From assembly GCA_012031815.1 (NCBI GenBank), contig JAAUTE010000003.1, forward strand, positions 1-36,852: a stretch of DNA of 36,852 nt, written 5' to 3'. Of the stretch, positions 9,154-18,930 are shown one piece after another. A program made the position numbers and the translations under genes. The stretch is from Chloroflexaceae bacterium (GTDB lineage: Bacteria > Cyanobacteriota > Cyanobacteriia > Cyanobacteriales > JAAUTE01). Position 1 is the first letter of the stretch; every line of letters starts with the position of its first letter. The notes beneath the pieces were generated by a model. It was given only the letters and a program-made list of their open reading frames with translations, searched no databases and was not told the DNA's origin.

Positions 9154-10324
9154 ATGGTGCTAGGGTATCCAGAAACGGCGGTTTCGGTGGCGGGGCTGAC
9201 GGATTACCTCCAGGCCCTGGTGGAGGAAGACTGCCAATTACAGCAGGTTTGGGTGATCGGCGAGGTATCCAGTCTCCAAGCGCGCCGGGGTAATTTATTT
9301 TTGTGCTGAGCGAACCCGATGGCAGTGCGACGCTGCGCTGCGTAGTTTGGCGATCGCAACAGCCCAGACTGATTGCCCCTCCCGTAACAGGCCAGCAATT
9401 TCTGGTTTTGGGTAGTATTCGACTCTATGCCAAGGGCGGCGAGTACCAGCTTACGGTGTTTCAGTCCATTGCTGCCGGGGAAGGACTACAAGCCCTACAC
9501 TACCAGCAGTTGCGATCGCGCCTGGCCGCCGAGGGTCTGTTTGCCCCGGAACGAAAACGGCCCCTACCCGACTATCCTCAAATCGTGGCCGTGGTAACCT
9601 CAGCCACCGCAGCCGCTTGGGGCGATATCCAGCGCACGATCCACCAGCGGGCTCCGGGAACCCATTTGTTGCTGTCTCCGGCCCTCGTCCAGGGAGAAGC
9701 GGCCCAACGGCGATCGCCACTGCCATTGAGCGCGTCAACGCCGACGGCCGGGCTGAAGTCATGATTGTGGCCCGGGGCGGGGGAGCCGTGGAAGATTTAG
9801 CCTGCTTTAATGACGAACGGGTGGTTAGGGCGATTATAGATAGCCAAATTCCCATTATTACGGGCATTGGTCACCAACGGGATGAATCCCTGGCAGATCT
9901 AGCCGCCGATGTCTGTGCCCACACCCCCACCGCCGCCGCTGAACGGGCCGTTCCCGACTATGGCCAGCTCCAACGCGACCATCAAGAGCGCGTCCTACAC
10001 CTCCAAAACAGCATGGCGAGAAGGCTGTCGGTAGCCAGCGATCGCCTAAAAAATTGGCAAGACCGTCTCAAACGTCTGCCCACCACGGCTCCCCGCCTTC
10101 AGCAGGCTGTCTCCCACTGTCAACTGCTGCAAGAAAAACTGGCTGCCCTCGACCCTCACAGCATTCTCCAACGGGGTTACGCCACGGTTCGCCAAGAGCA
10201 AACCTGGGTGCGCTCCACGGCGGGTTTAGCCATCGGTGAGGAACTCTGGATTCACCTGGCTAATGGACAGCTTAAGGTTAAAATCACGGAAATCATTGAT
10301 TTTTCGCCCCCCGACGCCCCATGA
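9154..10324 (+). CDS. xseA: Exodeoxyribonuclease VII large subunit, frameshifts at ~9300 and ~9704
   Basis: [16 protein letters not shown]...[69 protein letters not shown]. Confidence 0.93.
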
Positions 10325-10539
10325 CTCCTCAGCGCGAACCCTGGAACTACGAAGCGACCGTTGCTCGCCTTGAAGACATCATCGAGCAAATCGAAACTGG
10401 TTCCCTGCCCCTCCAAGCGACCTTCGAGCAATTTGCGATCGCCGTACGGCTGCTGGCCCAGTGCGAGGAATTTCTCGATCGCGGTAAGGAGCGGATGAAT
10501 CTGCTGATTGAAACCCTGGAATCAGACTCTAGCTGCTAA
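10321..10539 (+). CDS. xseB: Exodeoxyribonuclease VII small subunit
   Basis: [22 protein letters not shown]...[15 protein letters not shown]; ATGA overlap with xseA. Confidence 0.93.
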   Translation: MTPQREPWNYEATVARLEDIIEQIETGSLPLQATFEQFAIAVRLLAQCEEFLDRGKERMNLLIETLESDSSC

Positions 10540-10934
10540 AATTTCCACTACAATCCTAGGCGATCGCTAAATAGTTCGACATTACGAGAGTAAACATCTG
10601 ATTTGAATTCCGAGGTTCTTGCTTACCCCTGAAAAACCCCGTCAATAGATCGGGACATTCCCAGCTAAAGTTCCCTCAGTGTTCAGGGGGTTTGCGGAGG
10701 AACAACCGGATATTTACGGTAGGTAAGTATTGTGGATCTTGGCCAGCGCTACTGGTTTTCACGACGTTAATTGGGTTGACTCAATAGTTTTGTATCAAAG
10801 TTACCCATGTAAAAAAATGTTAAGCATATGTAAACCTACCGTTCCCATTTCTAAAACAACCTTGCTAAGGTAGTTGTAACGCAAAGAAAATTGATCAAAA
10901 TCAAAACTTTTCGACATCAAAGGAGCCACAATCC

Positions 10935-11167
10935 ATGCTTAAGAAGCTACCCGGATCTAAAATCGTGAAAGTTGAAGCTGCCAGAGACCACCTCGGCAAG
11001 CTGCTCAATCAGGTCAACAGCGGCGAAGAACACCTTATTTTGAAAAGTTGGGCATGCCGGTCGCCATTGCCATTAGTCTCAGTGACTACGAAGAATACAA
11101 GCGCCTCCTCTCCATTTATCCCTGTGGCGCTAGACAAGAATCTTTTATAGACGGACAGGTTGCCTAG
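10935..11167 (+). CDS. Phd/YefM-family antitoxin-like protein, 1-bp deletion in the T-run at ~11040
   Basis: RBS AGGAG. Corrected sequence ...VKVEAARDHLGKLLNQVNSGEEHLIFEKLGMPVAIAISLSDYEEYKRL... fits the Phd/YefM N-terminal pattern; corrected stop TAG 11165-11167. Confidence 0.72.
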
Positions 11168-11330
11168 GTGTCTTTTTCTATCTTACATTACGAGAACTAG
11201 CCTCCCCTACCAGCCACAGTCGCCAGGGTTACCGTAAGGGAGCTAGTCCCGCTCTATTCAGCCTAAACCCGCAAAACGCCTTTAAAAACATTGATTTTAG
11301 AGATTTTAATGTGTTTTAACCGGGAATAGC

Positions 11331-12118
11331 TTAACTCAGTTGGTATTGTTGCCAGGCCCGCCAGAAAGTGTAGGCAGCAAGCAGACCGAGGAGGGTATAA
11401 AAACCGAAATTAATCGCTCTATCGGGCAGTTTCGGCAGATAGCGCGTACTAACCTGGGAACCCAACAGCCCCCCGATTCCCAAATAATACCCGATAAAAA
11501 CTCAACATTCTGCTGGAGAGTATGGCTGAGGGTTGCCACCGACGCCGTAATTGCGATCGCCCCCAGACTAGTTCTCACCGCCGTTTTAATCGGTTCATTG
11601 AGGAGCAAGATTTGCAGCGGTACCATGATCACGCCGCCGCCGACGCCAAACAGTCCCGCCAAGAATCCCGCCGCACCGCCGGTTCCCAGCCGAATCGGCA
11701 AATTTCCTGCCACAGCCTGGGCATCCTCGCCGCTGGCCCTGCCCTGAGACTGGAACTGTCGCCGCCCACTAGCCAGAAAAATATTAACCATCAACAGGCC
11801 CCCAAAGGCTCCTAGCAGCCCGTAAGACGGCAGCCGCTCTGCCAAATACGCTCCCAGAGGAGCTGTGGCGATCGCCGGGAGTCCGAGCCACAAAACCTTG
11901 GGCAGAATCAGATAGCCCATGCGCCAGTTTTGCAGGCTAGCAGAGAGAGAAGTCAGTAAAATCGCTAAATTACTGGTTGCAACCGCCTGGATCGGCTCAT
12001 AACCGATGGCAACCATCAAAGGAACCAAAATCACACCGCCGCCGACGCCCAGTAATCCCGCCAGTAACCCCGTGAGCAAACCGCCCCCAGCGAGCAACCC
12101 CCCTTCCGCAATCATCAC
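11331..12118 (-). CDS. Sulfite exporter TauE/SafE family membrane protein, frameshift at ~11482
   Basis: Duplicated motif GLLGVGGGVILVP / GLFGVGGGVIMVP, AVATS, AVRTS; the shifted frame continues GIGGLLGSQVSTRYLPKLP...WQQYQLS*. Confidence 0.88.
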
Positions 12119-12165
12119 TGGCTCCTGATCCTAGGTTTTGACAAATTGTTTGCAGCATAAACTCA

Positions 12166-13680
12166 TCATAGTTCTTCCTCTTCGCCTATCTGCCTAAAAG
12201 GCTCGTCGGCAGCCGCTGTCTGCACGGGAATCGCGGCGATAATCGCATCAATGACTTTGCCCACCGGTACAATCTCCAAGCCTAAATCCTCTGGCAAACT
12301 CTGCCCTTTGGGAACAATCGCCCGTTTGAATCCCAGTTTCGCCGCCTCTTTCAGCCGCAACTCCATTTGAGACACCAGCCGCACCTGCCCGCCCAGGCCA
12401 ATCTCGCCCACCATCACCGTGCGCGGATCGACCAGGCGATCGCGAAAACTCGCCACCACCGCGATGGCCATGCCCAGATCGGCCGCAGGTTCGGCCACGT
12501 TCAACCCCCCGGCGGAGGCCACGTAAGCATCCAATTTAGAGAGGGGAATGCCCACCCGCTTTTCCAAAACCGCCAGAATTTGCTGGAGGCGATTGTAATC
12601 AACCCCCGTGGTGGAACGGCGTGGCGAACTGTAGCTCGTCGGCGCAACCAGGGCCTGCAGCTCAACCACAATGGGACGGGTGCCCTCACAGGCGACGACC
12701 GTAGCCGTTCCCGGCGCTATTTCCTCCCGATTGCCCAAAAATAACTCTGAGGGATTCACCACCTCCCGCAACCCCTGTTCCACCATCTCAAAAATGCCAA
12801 TTTCGTGGGTCGCCCCAAACCGATTTTTGACCGATCGCAGCAGGCGATGGGAGGCATAGCGATCGCCTTCAAAATACAGCACCGTATCTACCAAATGTTC
12901 TAAAACTCGCGGCCCGGCGATCGTCCCTTCCTTCGTGACGTGACCCACAATAAACAAAGTAATGTTCTCCCGCTTAGCTACCTGCATCAGTGCAGAAGTA
13001 CATTCCCGTACCTGCGCCACGGAACCGGGGGCTGAGGTGAGAGAGGCAAAGTAAAGGGTTTGAATGCTGTCAATGACGGCGACTTGAGGCTTGAGGGATT
13101 CTAATTCCCGCAGAATTTCCTCTAAATCCGTTTCCGGCATTACATAAAGGTTCGGCTCCCCCCCAGGCTCCTCCGGTGGTTGGCGGCCATTAATAGATTC
13201 GGCCCCAGGCTCTGAAGCCGTCCCCATGCCTAGGCGAGCAGCCCGCAGCTTGACCTGCTGGCCGGATTCTTCCGCACAAACGTAGAGAATGCGGGGCAGG
13301 ATAGCGGCTAATTGGTTGGCGACCTGCAACAGCAACGTCGATTTACCGATGCCCGGATCGCCGCCGATCAGTACCAGGGAGCCGGGAACAATGCCCCCGC
13401 CTAAAACCCGGTCTAACTCCCCATAACCAGAGGCAAAACGGGAGAGAGCATCGCCTTGAATGTCGGAGAACCGGCGGGAAGCGCGGGGATGGAGGGCGCT
13501 GGGAGATTTGGCCCCTGGCCGGGCCGCTGACTGCCAGCCAGGCCGGGCCGGTGTGGGCGACGGGCTGACCGTTTGTTCTTGCAAGGGCTGGAGACTGTTA
13601 CAGTTGGGACAGCGGCCCCACCACTGCATCTGCTCGGCCCCACATTCATTACAAACATAAATCGTTTTGGTTTTTGCCAT
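12166..13680 (-). CDS. radA: DNA repair protein RadA/Sms
   Basis: C4 zinc finger CNECG...CPNC, Walker A GDPGIGKST, KNRFG motif, Lon-like C-terminus. Confidence 0.97.
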   Translation of the reverse strand: MAKTKTIYVCNECGAEQMQWWGRCPNCNSLQPLQEQTVSPSPTPARPGWQSAARPGAKSPSALHPRASRRFSDIQGDALSRFASGYGELDRVLGGGIVPGSLVLIGGDPGIGKSTLLLQVANQLAAILPRILYVCAEESGQQVKLRAARLGMGTASEPGAESINGRQPPEEPGGEPNLYVMPETDLEEILRELESLKPQVAVIDSIQTLYFASLTSAPGSVAQVRECTSALMQVAKRENITLFIVGHVTKEGTIAGPRVLEHLVDTVLYFEGDRYASHRLLRSVKNRFGATHEIGIFEMVEQGLREVVNPSELFLGNREEIAPGTATVVACEGTRPIVVELQALVAPTSYSSPRRSTTGVDYNRLQQILAVLEKRVGIPLSKLDAYVASAGGLNVAEPAADLGMAIAVVASFRDRLVDPRTVMVGEIGLGGQVRLVSQMELRLKEAAKLGFKRAIVPKGQSLPEDLGLEIVPVGKVIDAIIAAIPVQTAAADEPFRQIGEEEEL

Positions 13681-13920
13681 GAGAAAAAGGTGAATACACC
13701 CCAAAAAATTGGTAATCGACACCAGTGGCAACAATTCTTGTCAAGAATCGATTATGCTAACAGCTCTGGGCTGAATTTCCTGAAAATGCTGGCGTCGCCT
13801 GGGTCTATTGGGCAAAAGTTAAAGAAATAGTGCAAAAGTTATCTGCTCGAAACAGAAGTATTTAGAATGTTAATAAACAATTAGCCGCTTAAGATAACTA
13901 AAGCAGGAGAGTCGATTCAC

Positions 13921-14649
13921 TTGGAAAGTCATAAAGAAAAGATCTTGGTGGTTGACGACGAAGCAAGCATTCGCCGCATATTAGAGACCCGTTTGTCCAT
14001 GATTGGTTACGATGTGGTCACCGCTGCCGATGGGGAAGAGGCTTTGGAAACTTTTCGCAATAGCGACCCCGATCTGGTGGTTTTGGATGTAATGATGCCC
14101 AAGCTGGATGGCTACGGAGTCTGCCAGGAGCTGCGTAAAGAATCGGACATTCCCATTATTATGTTAACGGCCTTGGGGGATGTGGCTGACCGCATCACGG
14201 GACTGGAATTGGGGGCTGACGATTATGTGGTCAAGCCGTTCTCGCCCAAGGAGCTAGAGGCAAGAATTCGCTCGGTTTTACGACGGGTTGAGAAAAATGG
14301 CGCGCCGGGGATTCCCAGTTCTGGGGTGATTCACGTCGCTTCTATTCGCATTGATACTAATAAGCGTCAGGTTTACAAGGGCGACGAACGCATCCGGCTG
14401 ACGGGAATGGAATTTAGTTTGCTGGAGCTGCTGGTCAGTCGTTCGGGAGAGCCGTTTTCGCGATCGGAGATTCTTCAGGAGGTCTGGGGCTACACGCCGG
14501 AGCGTCACGTCGATACCCGCGTGGTGGATGTGCATATCTCCCGACTACGGGCTAAGTTAGAGGACGATCCCAGTAATCCTGAATTGATCCTCACGGCTAG
14601 GGGAACGGGTTACCTCTTTCAACGGATTTTAGAACCGGGCGAGGAATAG
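13921..14649 (+). CDS. rpaB: OmpR-family response regulator RpaB (Ycf27)
   Basis: KEKILVVDDEASIRRILETRLSMIGYDVV...VWGYTPERHVDTRVVDVHISRLR; TTG start, RBS AGGAG. Confidence 0.96.
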   Translation: MESHKEKILVVDDEASIRRILETRLSMIGYDVVTAADGEEALETFRNSDPDLVVLDVMMPKLDGYGVCQELRKESDIPIIMLTALGDVADRITGLELGADDYVVKPFSPKELEARIRSVLRRVEKNGAPGIPSSGVIHVASIRIDTNKRQVYKGDERIRLTGMEFSLLELLVSRSGEPFSRSEILQEVWGYTPERHVDTRVVDVHISRLRAKLEDDPSNPELILTARGTGYLFQRILEPGEE

Positions 14650-14715
14650 GCCGCTCCCGTCCCTTGCTGTTAGGCCGCCCAGGCATAGGACTAGTTCAGT
14701 TACTCCCTTGACGCT

Positions 14716-15363
14716 ATGGCGCAATCCGATCCGAACCGAGTGCTGCGATCGCTGCCGCTGTGGGCGGGCAGTTTGGGAGCCGTACTGTTGCTGATTAATC
14801 GCTGGTTGACCCCCCAATTAACGCAGGCCCAGGCTCGCTCTGATGTTTTGGGGGTAATTTTGAGTGCGCTGCTGATTTTGGCGGGGTTGCTGTGGCAACA
14901 GGTGCAGCCGCGATCGCCGGAAGCGGTGTCATTGATTGGGGAAGAAGGGTTTGAACTAGCGCCCCAGTTGCCGGAAATCCTCAAGCGGGAATTAGCCTGG
15001 GCCTCCCACTTGCTGTTGACCAACACCGCTACGCGATCGCTGGTGGTGTATTATCGCGGGGAAGTTTGGCTGCGACGGGGGATTTTGGTAAAAAATCCGC
15101 TGGTAACGCCGGGAGCGATCTTAAAGCGGGTCATGGAAACCCAGCGTCCGGTTTATCTAGTGGATCTGAAAGTTTATCCCGGTCGCATTGAGTTTAATTA
15201 TCTGCCGGAGAATGTCCAGGGGGCGATCTGCCAGCCCTTGGGCGGGGAAGGGGCATTAATTTTGGGAGCGAATGCGCCCCGCAGCTATACTAAGCAAGAT
15301 GAGAGCTGGATCGCTGGTATTGCCGATAAACTAACAGATACAATTCAGCAGCACCAGATTTAG
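14716..15363 (+). CDS. Cofactor assembly of complex C subunit B (CCB2/CCB4 family, heme ci attachment to cytochrome b6)
   Basis: ARSDVLGVILSALLIL, ELAWASHLLLTNT, YPGRIEFNYLPEN, PRSYTKQDE; two N-terminal TM segments and a GAF-like region. Confidence 0.8.
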   Translation: MAQSDPNRVLRSLPLWAGSLGAVLLLINRWLTPQLTQAQARSDVLGVILSALLILAGLLWQQVQPRSPEAVSLIGEEGFELAPQLPEILKRELAWASHLLLTNTATRSLVVYYRGEVWLRRGILVKNPLVTPGAILKRVMETQRPVYLVDLKVYPGRIEFNYLPENVQGAICQPLGGEGALILGANAPRSYTKQDESWIAGIADKLTDTIQQHQI

Positions 15364-15702
15364 CCGAAAAAAGTTCTTGTTCTACCCGCAGCGGTAGCTA
15401 TCCTGAGGTAGTGACAAACTATAGGATATACCCAATATAATCTCAAGCAATATTTGCCAATACAAATAGCTCTTAATTTGGCGTTGCACAGTTGCCAATG
15501 AATCAGGTGAATAAAGGAATGGTCAGGTTTTTGAGATCCTGAAGGAGTAATCGGAGCTAATGTTCTAGTATTTCCTTAAATTTAAAATAAAAGAGAGTTT
15601 TATGCCTTAATCTGGATAAATATACATTCTCCCTACCATCTGCGATCGCCTTTCCCAAGGGGGTTTGGGTTAAAATCTTGGCTATTCCAGGCTGGGCTTT
15701 TT

Positions 15703-17031
15703 TTAGGGAAGCGGCTGATTGCGAAAATCAGAATATTGGGCATCCAAATGATAGGCTCTTTTCGCAAATCGCCTAAAGAAATAGTTGAAAAGTTTGCAGT
15801 TGGCGCTGAACTTTCCAGAAATCAGAGAGATGGGTTTTAGGTAGAGACTGGCCCAGGTTTTGAAAGACTAAGCCGATAGGGATTTTGATTCATCTTGCAG
15901 TTGAAGACAGCGAGCAATAAGGGCCCGAAGCGGCAATGAGAGGGCCGACGCCGCCCCTGGATTGTCCCCAACCCACATAGGCTAAACCTTTATAATCAGC
16001 TAAAAAAGAGCCGCCATAACATTGAACGATCGCTCCTTGAACCCGCTGGAGTGCAGGGGGTAAAAACGGGTAGGCAACCTTAAATCCCGTGGCGCAAACG
16101 ATCAATTCAACCGTTTCGCGACTGCCATCCACAAATTCAACCTCCCAACCGTCTAAATAACGTACTGCTGGCTTGGGAAGAATGCGGCCGTGCTGAATAT
16201 AGTAAGGAACTTCATTATTTAAGGTCGGATGTTTGGCAAAAATTCGATGTTGGGGCTGGGGCAATCCATAGTTCTGGTGAGGGCCAAAGGTGAGGCGAAT
16301 AATGCCATAAATCAGCAGTCTTTGCAGCCATTCCGGCATCCACCACACCACTAAATCGGTGACTGGAACCCCGCCAAAGCTTTTCGGTATAAACCAAACC
16401 GATTCTCGCAGGCTTAAGAAGGCTTTTTCGCCGACGCGGGCGGCTTCTGCGGCTAAATCGCAGGCGGAATTACCGCCGCCAATCACTAAAACCCGCTTCC
16501 CTCGCAGTTGGTCGGGGTGCTTATAGGCTTTTGAGTGAATTATTTCTCCTTTAAATTCCCCCTGCAACTCCGGAAATCGCTGGCACCAGTGATGGCCATT
16601 GCAGATAATGACCCCTTTATAAAGGCGGGTTTCCCCCTGGGCAAAGCTTACTTCCCAAAGATTATTTTCCCTTGGGCGAACGTAGGTAACGGTTCGGTTT
16701 AATTCAATGCGATCACCTAGTTGGAAATGCTCGGCGAAGGATTGAAGATAATCCCACATTTGTTGCGCGTTGGGAAAATGGGGATAGGTTTTGGGCATGG
16801 GAAAGTGGGGGAATTCCGTGGCTTTTTCGAGGAAATAATGTGGGCAGTTTGGTAGACGCCATGATACCAATTGCCCCCAATGCGATCGCTCCCGTCCACT
16901 TGGTCGTAGGCAATATTCGCCTCCTTAAGGGCTTGAGCAATGCCCAGCCCCACAAAACCTGCCCCAATAATCAACTGTTTTTCCGTGGTATCTCGGCTGT
17001 TTGCGGTATTGGGGAGATTAATAACCTGCAT
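15703..17031 (-). CDS. Flavin-containing monooxygenase (FMO family), several 1-bp frameshifts (~16825, ~15922, ~15890, ~15778)
   Basis: FAD motif IIGAGFVG, GGNW, FMO fingerprint FKGEIIHSKAYK, NADPH motif GGGNSACD, CATGF. The C-terminus can be followed across frames to ...FRNQPLP* at 15703. Confidence 0.85.
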
Positions 17032-17836
17032 TGTTAGGTTTCCTGCGGAAAAGTTCACTAAACCAGAACACCCCGCCGGGAAAATACTGCTGGCTCAGGT
17101 GAATGAGTTGGGCGATCGCATCGGGAAAGACCTCGAATTGATTGCGAGCGATGGCTTGAATAGTTTTGCCCATGATTTGAGCGGGATCGCTGACAAATTT
17201 GGGCGAATTGCTGTTGTGGGTCGCCAGGGTTCCGTATTGCGGGGAGTGCAAAATCGCCGTCCGACTAAAAAAGGGATAAACAACGGTGACGTTTACATTA
17301 TAAAATTTGACTTCCCGAAGTAGTCCTTCACTAAACCCGCGCAAGCCAAATTTACTGGCCGAATAGTGGGCCAGTCCAGCCGGGGCCGCCCAACCGGCGA
17401 TCGAGGAAATATTAACGATATGGCCGCGGCGGCGAGCAATCATATCTGCCACAAATAGAGAGCTTAAGCGCATGGGAGCCAGTAGGTTGATTTGCAGCAA
17501 TTTCTCCCATTTTTCCGTTGGAACCTCGTCTATTCGTCCAAACAGGCCGATTCCGGCATTGTTAATTAAAACATCAACCGCTATCCCCAACGCCTGCACG
17601 CGATGATACAGGGTTTCACACCCCTGGCGATCGCCTAAATCCACGCCCAGGCAAGCCAAAATTTCTCCCGTGGCGATTTCCCGCCCCAGGGACTCCGCGC
17701 GATCCCAGAGCTGCTTTTCATCGCGATCGCTTAAAATCAAGCGACTGCCAGCGCTAAGCAACTGTTTTGTAAGTTCCTGACCAAATCCCCCTGCCGCTCC
17801 CGTAATCAGGACAACGGCTCCCTTAAGTTGCGTCAT
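17018..17836 (-). CDS. Short-chain dehydrogenase/reductase
   Basis: TGAAGGFG, NNAG, NISS, catalytic YSASK. Confidence 0.92.
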   Translation of the reverse strand: MTQLKGAVVLITGAAGGFGQELTKQLLSAGSRLILSDRDEKQLWDRAESLGREIATGEILACLGVDLGDRQGCETLYHRVQALGIAVDVLINNAGIGLFGRIDEVPTEKWEKLLQINLLAPMRLSSLFVADMIARRRGHIVNISSIAGWAAPAGLAHYSASKFGLRGFSEGLLREVKFYNVNVTVVYPFFSRTAILHSPQYGTLATHNSNSPKFVSDPAQIMGKTIQAIARNQFEVFPDAIAQLIHLSQQYFPGGVFWFSELFRRKPNNAGY

Positions 17837-17864
17837 TTTGCCAGCGGTTACCCCAAAGTCTAGG

Positions 17865-18851
17865 CTAGAGAAATTTAGGCGATTGCAGTAGTTTCAACAG
17901 CAATATAGCCCAAGGAATTTTCAGATCGGGGAGGAGTCCAGGGACGTTTTTTAGGGCTGTCCAGACTGACGGTAGCAAAAATCGCAAAGATCGCAGAGAT
18001 GCCGGGCGGTTTCCAGCTTTATCCACCAAGTTGTAGCGCTCAGCTAGTTCGGCCACCACGGCAACGCGACCCGTGTAGTCCATAATTTTGGCGTCAGCGG
18101 CCAGGGCGGCGATCGCCCGTCCCGTCAGCAGGGGTGTTTCCCAGTTGTAACCGTCACCAAAAGCTTGTAAGCCAGCTTTTTCGCTTAAATTATCTTTGGT
18201 TTCAGCTACTAAGCGCGTAATTTGTTCTGTTCCCACAATTCCTGGCCAGATTGACAGAGAAGCCACGTTATGGGGTTTTAGCTCCACCGCCATGTCCGCT
18301 GCCAGGCGATCGCAGGCCGATTTGCCCGTGCCGTAGGCGACACCAAAAATATAAGCTAGACCTCCCCAGGAGGAAATTGTGCAAATTAATCCTTTTTTCC
18401 GGGATACCATGAGTCGAGCCGCAAAAACGCTGGCTAGATAGTGACTGCGCAGGCCCGCGCGATTAACCGCATCCCAAAGCTGGGGGTCGCACTCCCAAAA
18501 GGGCCGGCCGCTGGCCTGGCTGATGGCCGACACTCCTGAAAAAACGTTGTTTACTAACAAATCAAGCTGTCCCTGTTGTTCTGCCGCAATCTGCTCGAAT
18601 AGACAGCGAATTTGCTCGTCATCGCTATGATCGACCTGAAGGGGAATGCAGGTGCCGCCAGCCCCTTCAACTGCCAAGGCTGTGTCCTGCAAACTGCCCG
18701 ACAATCCCTCGCTGTGCGGTGCGCTGGTCAAGGTGCGGCCAGTAACATACACCGTTGCCCCCGCCTCCCCCAACCCCACGGCAATTCCCAGTCCCACGCC
18801 TCGCGTTGCCCCAGTGACCAAGGCTACTTTACCGTTTAGGGGTTTCATCAT
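17865..18851 (-). CDS. Short-chain dehydrogenase/reductase (DHRS1-like)
   Basis: TGATRGVG, GATVYVTGR, DHSDDEQI, YGTGK, ETPLLTGRAIAALAAD. Confidence 0.88.
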   Translation of the reverse strand: MMKPLNGKVALVTGATRGVGLGIAVGLGEAGATVYVTGRTLTSAPHSEGLSGSLQDTALAVEGAGGTCIPLQVDHSDDEQIRCLFEQIAAEQQGQLDLLVNNVFSGVSAISQASGRPFWECDPQLWDAVNRAGLRSHYLASVFAARLMVSRKKGLICTISSWGGLAYIFGVAYGTGKSACDRLAADMAVELKPHNVASLSIWPGIVGTEQITRLVAETKDNLSEKAGLQAFGDGYNWETPLLTGRAIAALAADAKIMDYTGRVAVVAELAERYNLVDKAGNRPASLRSLRFLLPSVWTALKNVPGLLPDLKIPWAILLLKLLQSPKFL

Positions 18852-18930
18852 CGCTGGTGTTCCTCGCTGAGTTTCCCTCCGCTATGCTAGAGCAAAACCA
18901 CTGGGTCGTTAATCTTGAGGGGGAGAGGTT

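Noticed and set aside
10791-10805. Possible NtcA box GTATCAAAGTTAC upstream of the antitoxin
   Set aside because: Spacer is N7 (N8 only if an A was dropped) and there is no TAN3T at the expected distance.
15364-15700. AT-rich gap after the CCB gene
   Set aside because: No convincing ORF, repeat or structure; the adjoining 15703-15890 is the frameshifted FMO tail.
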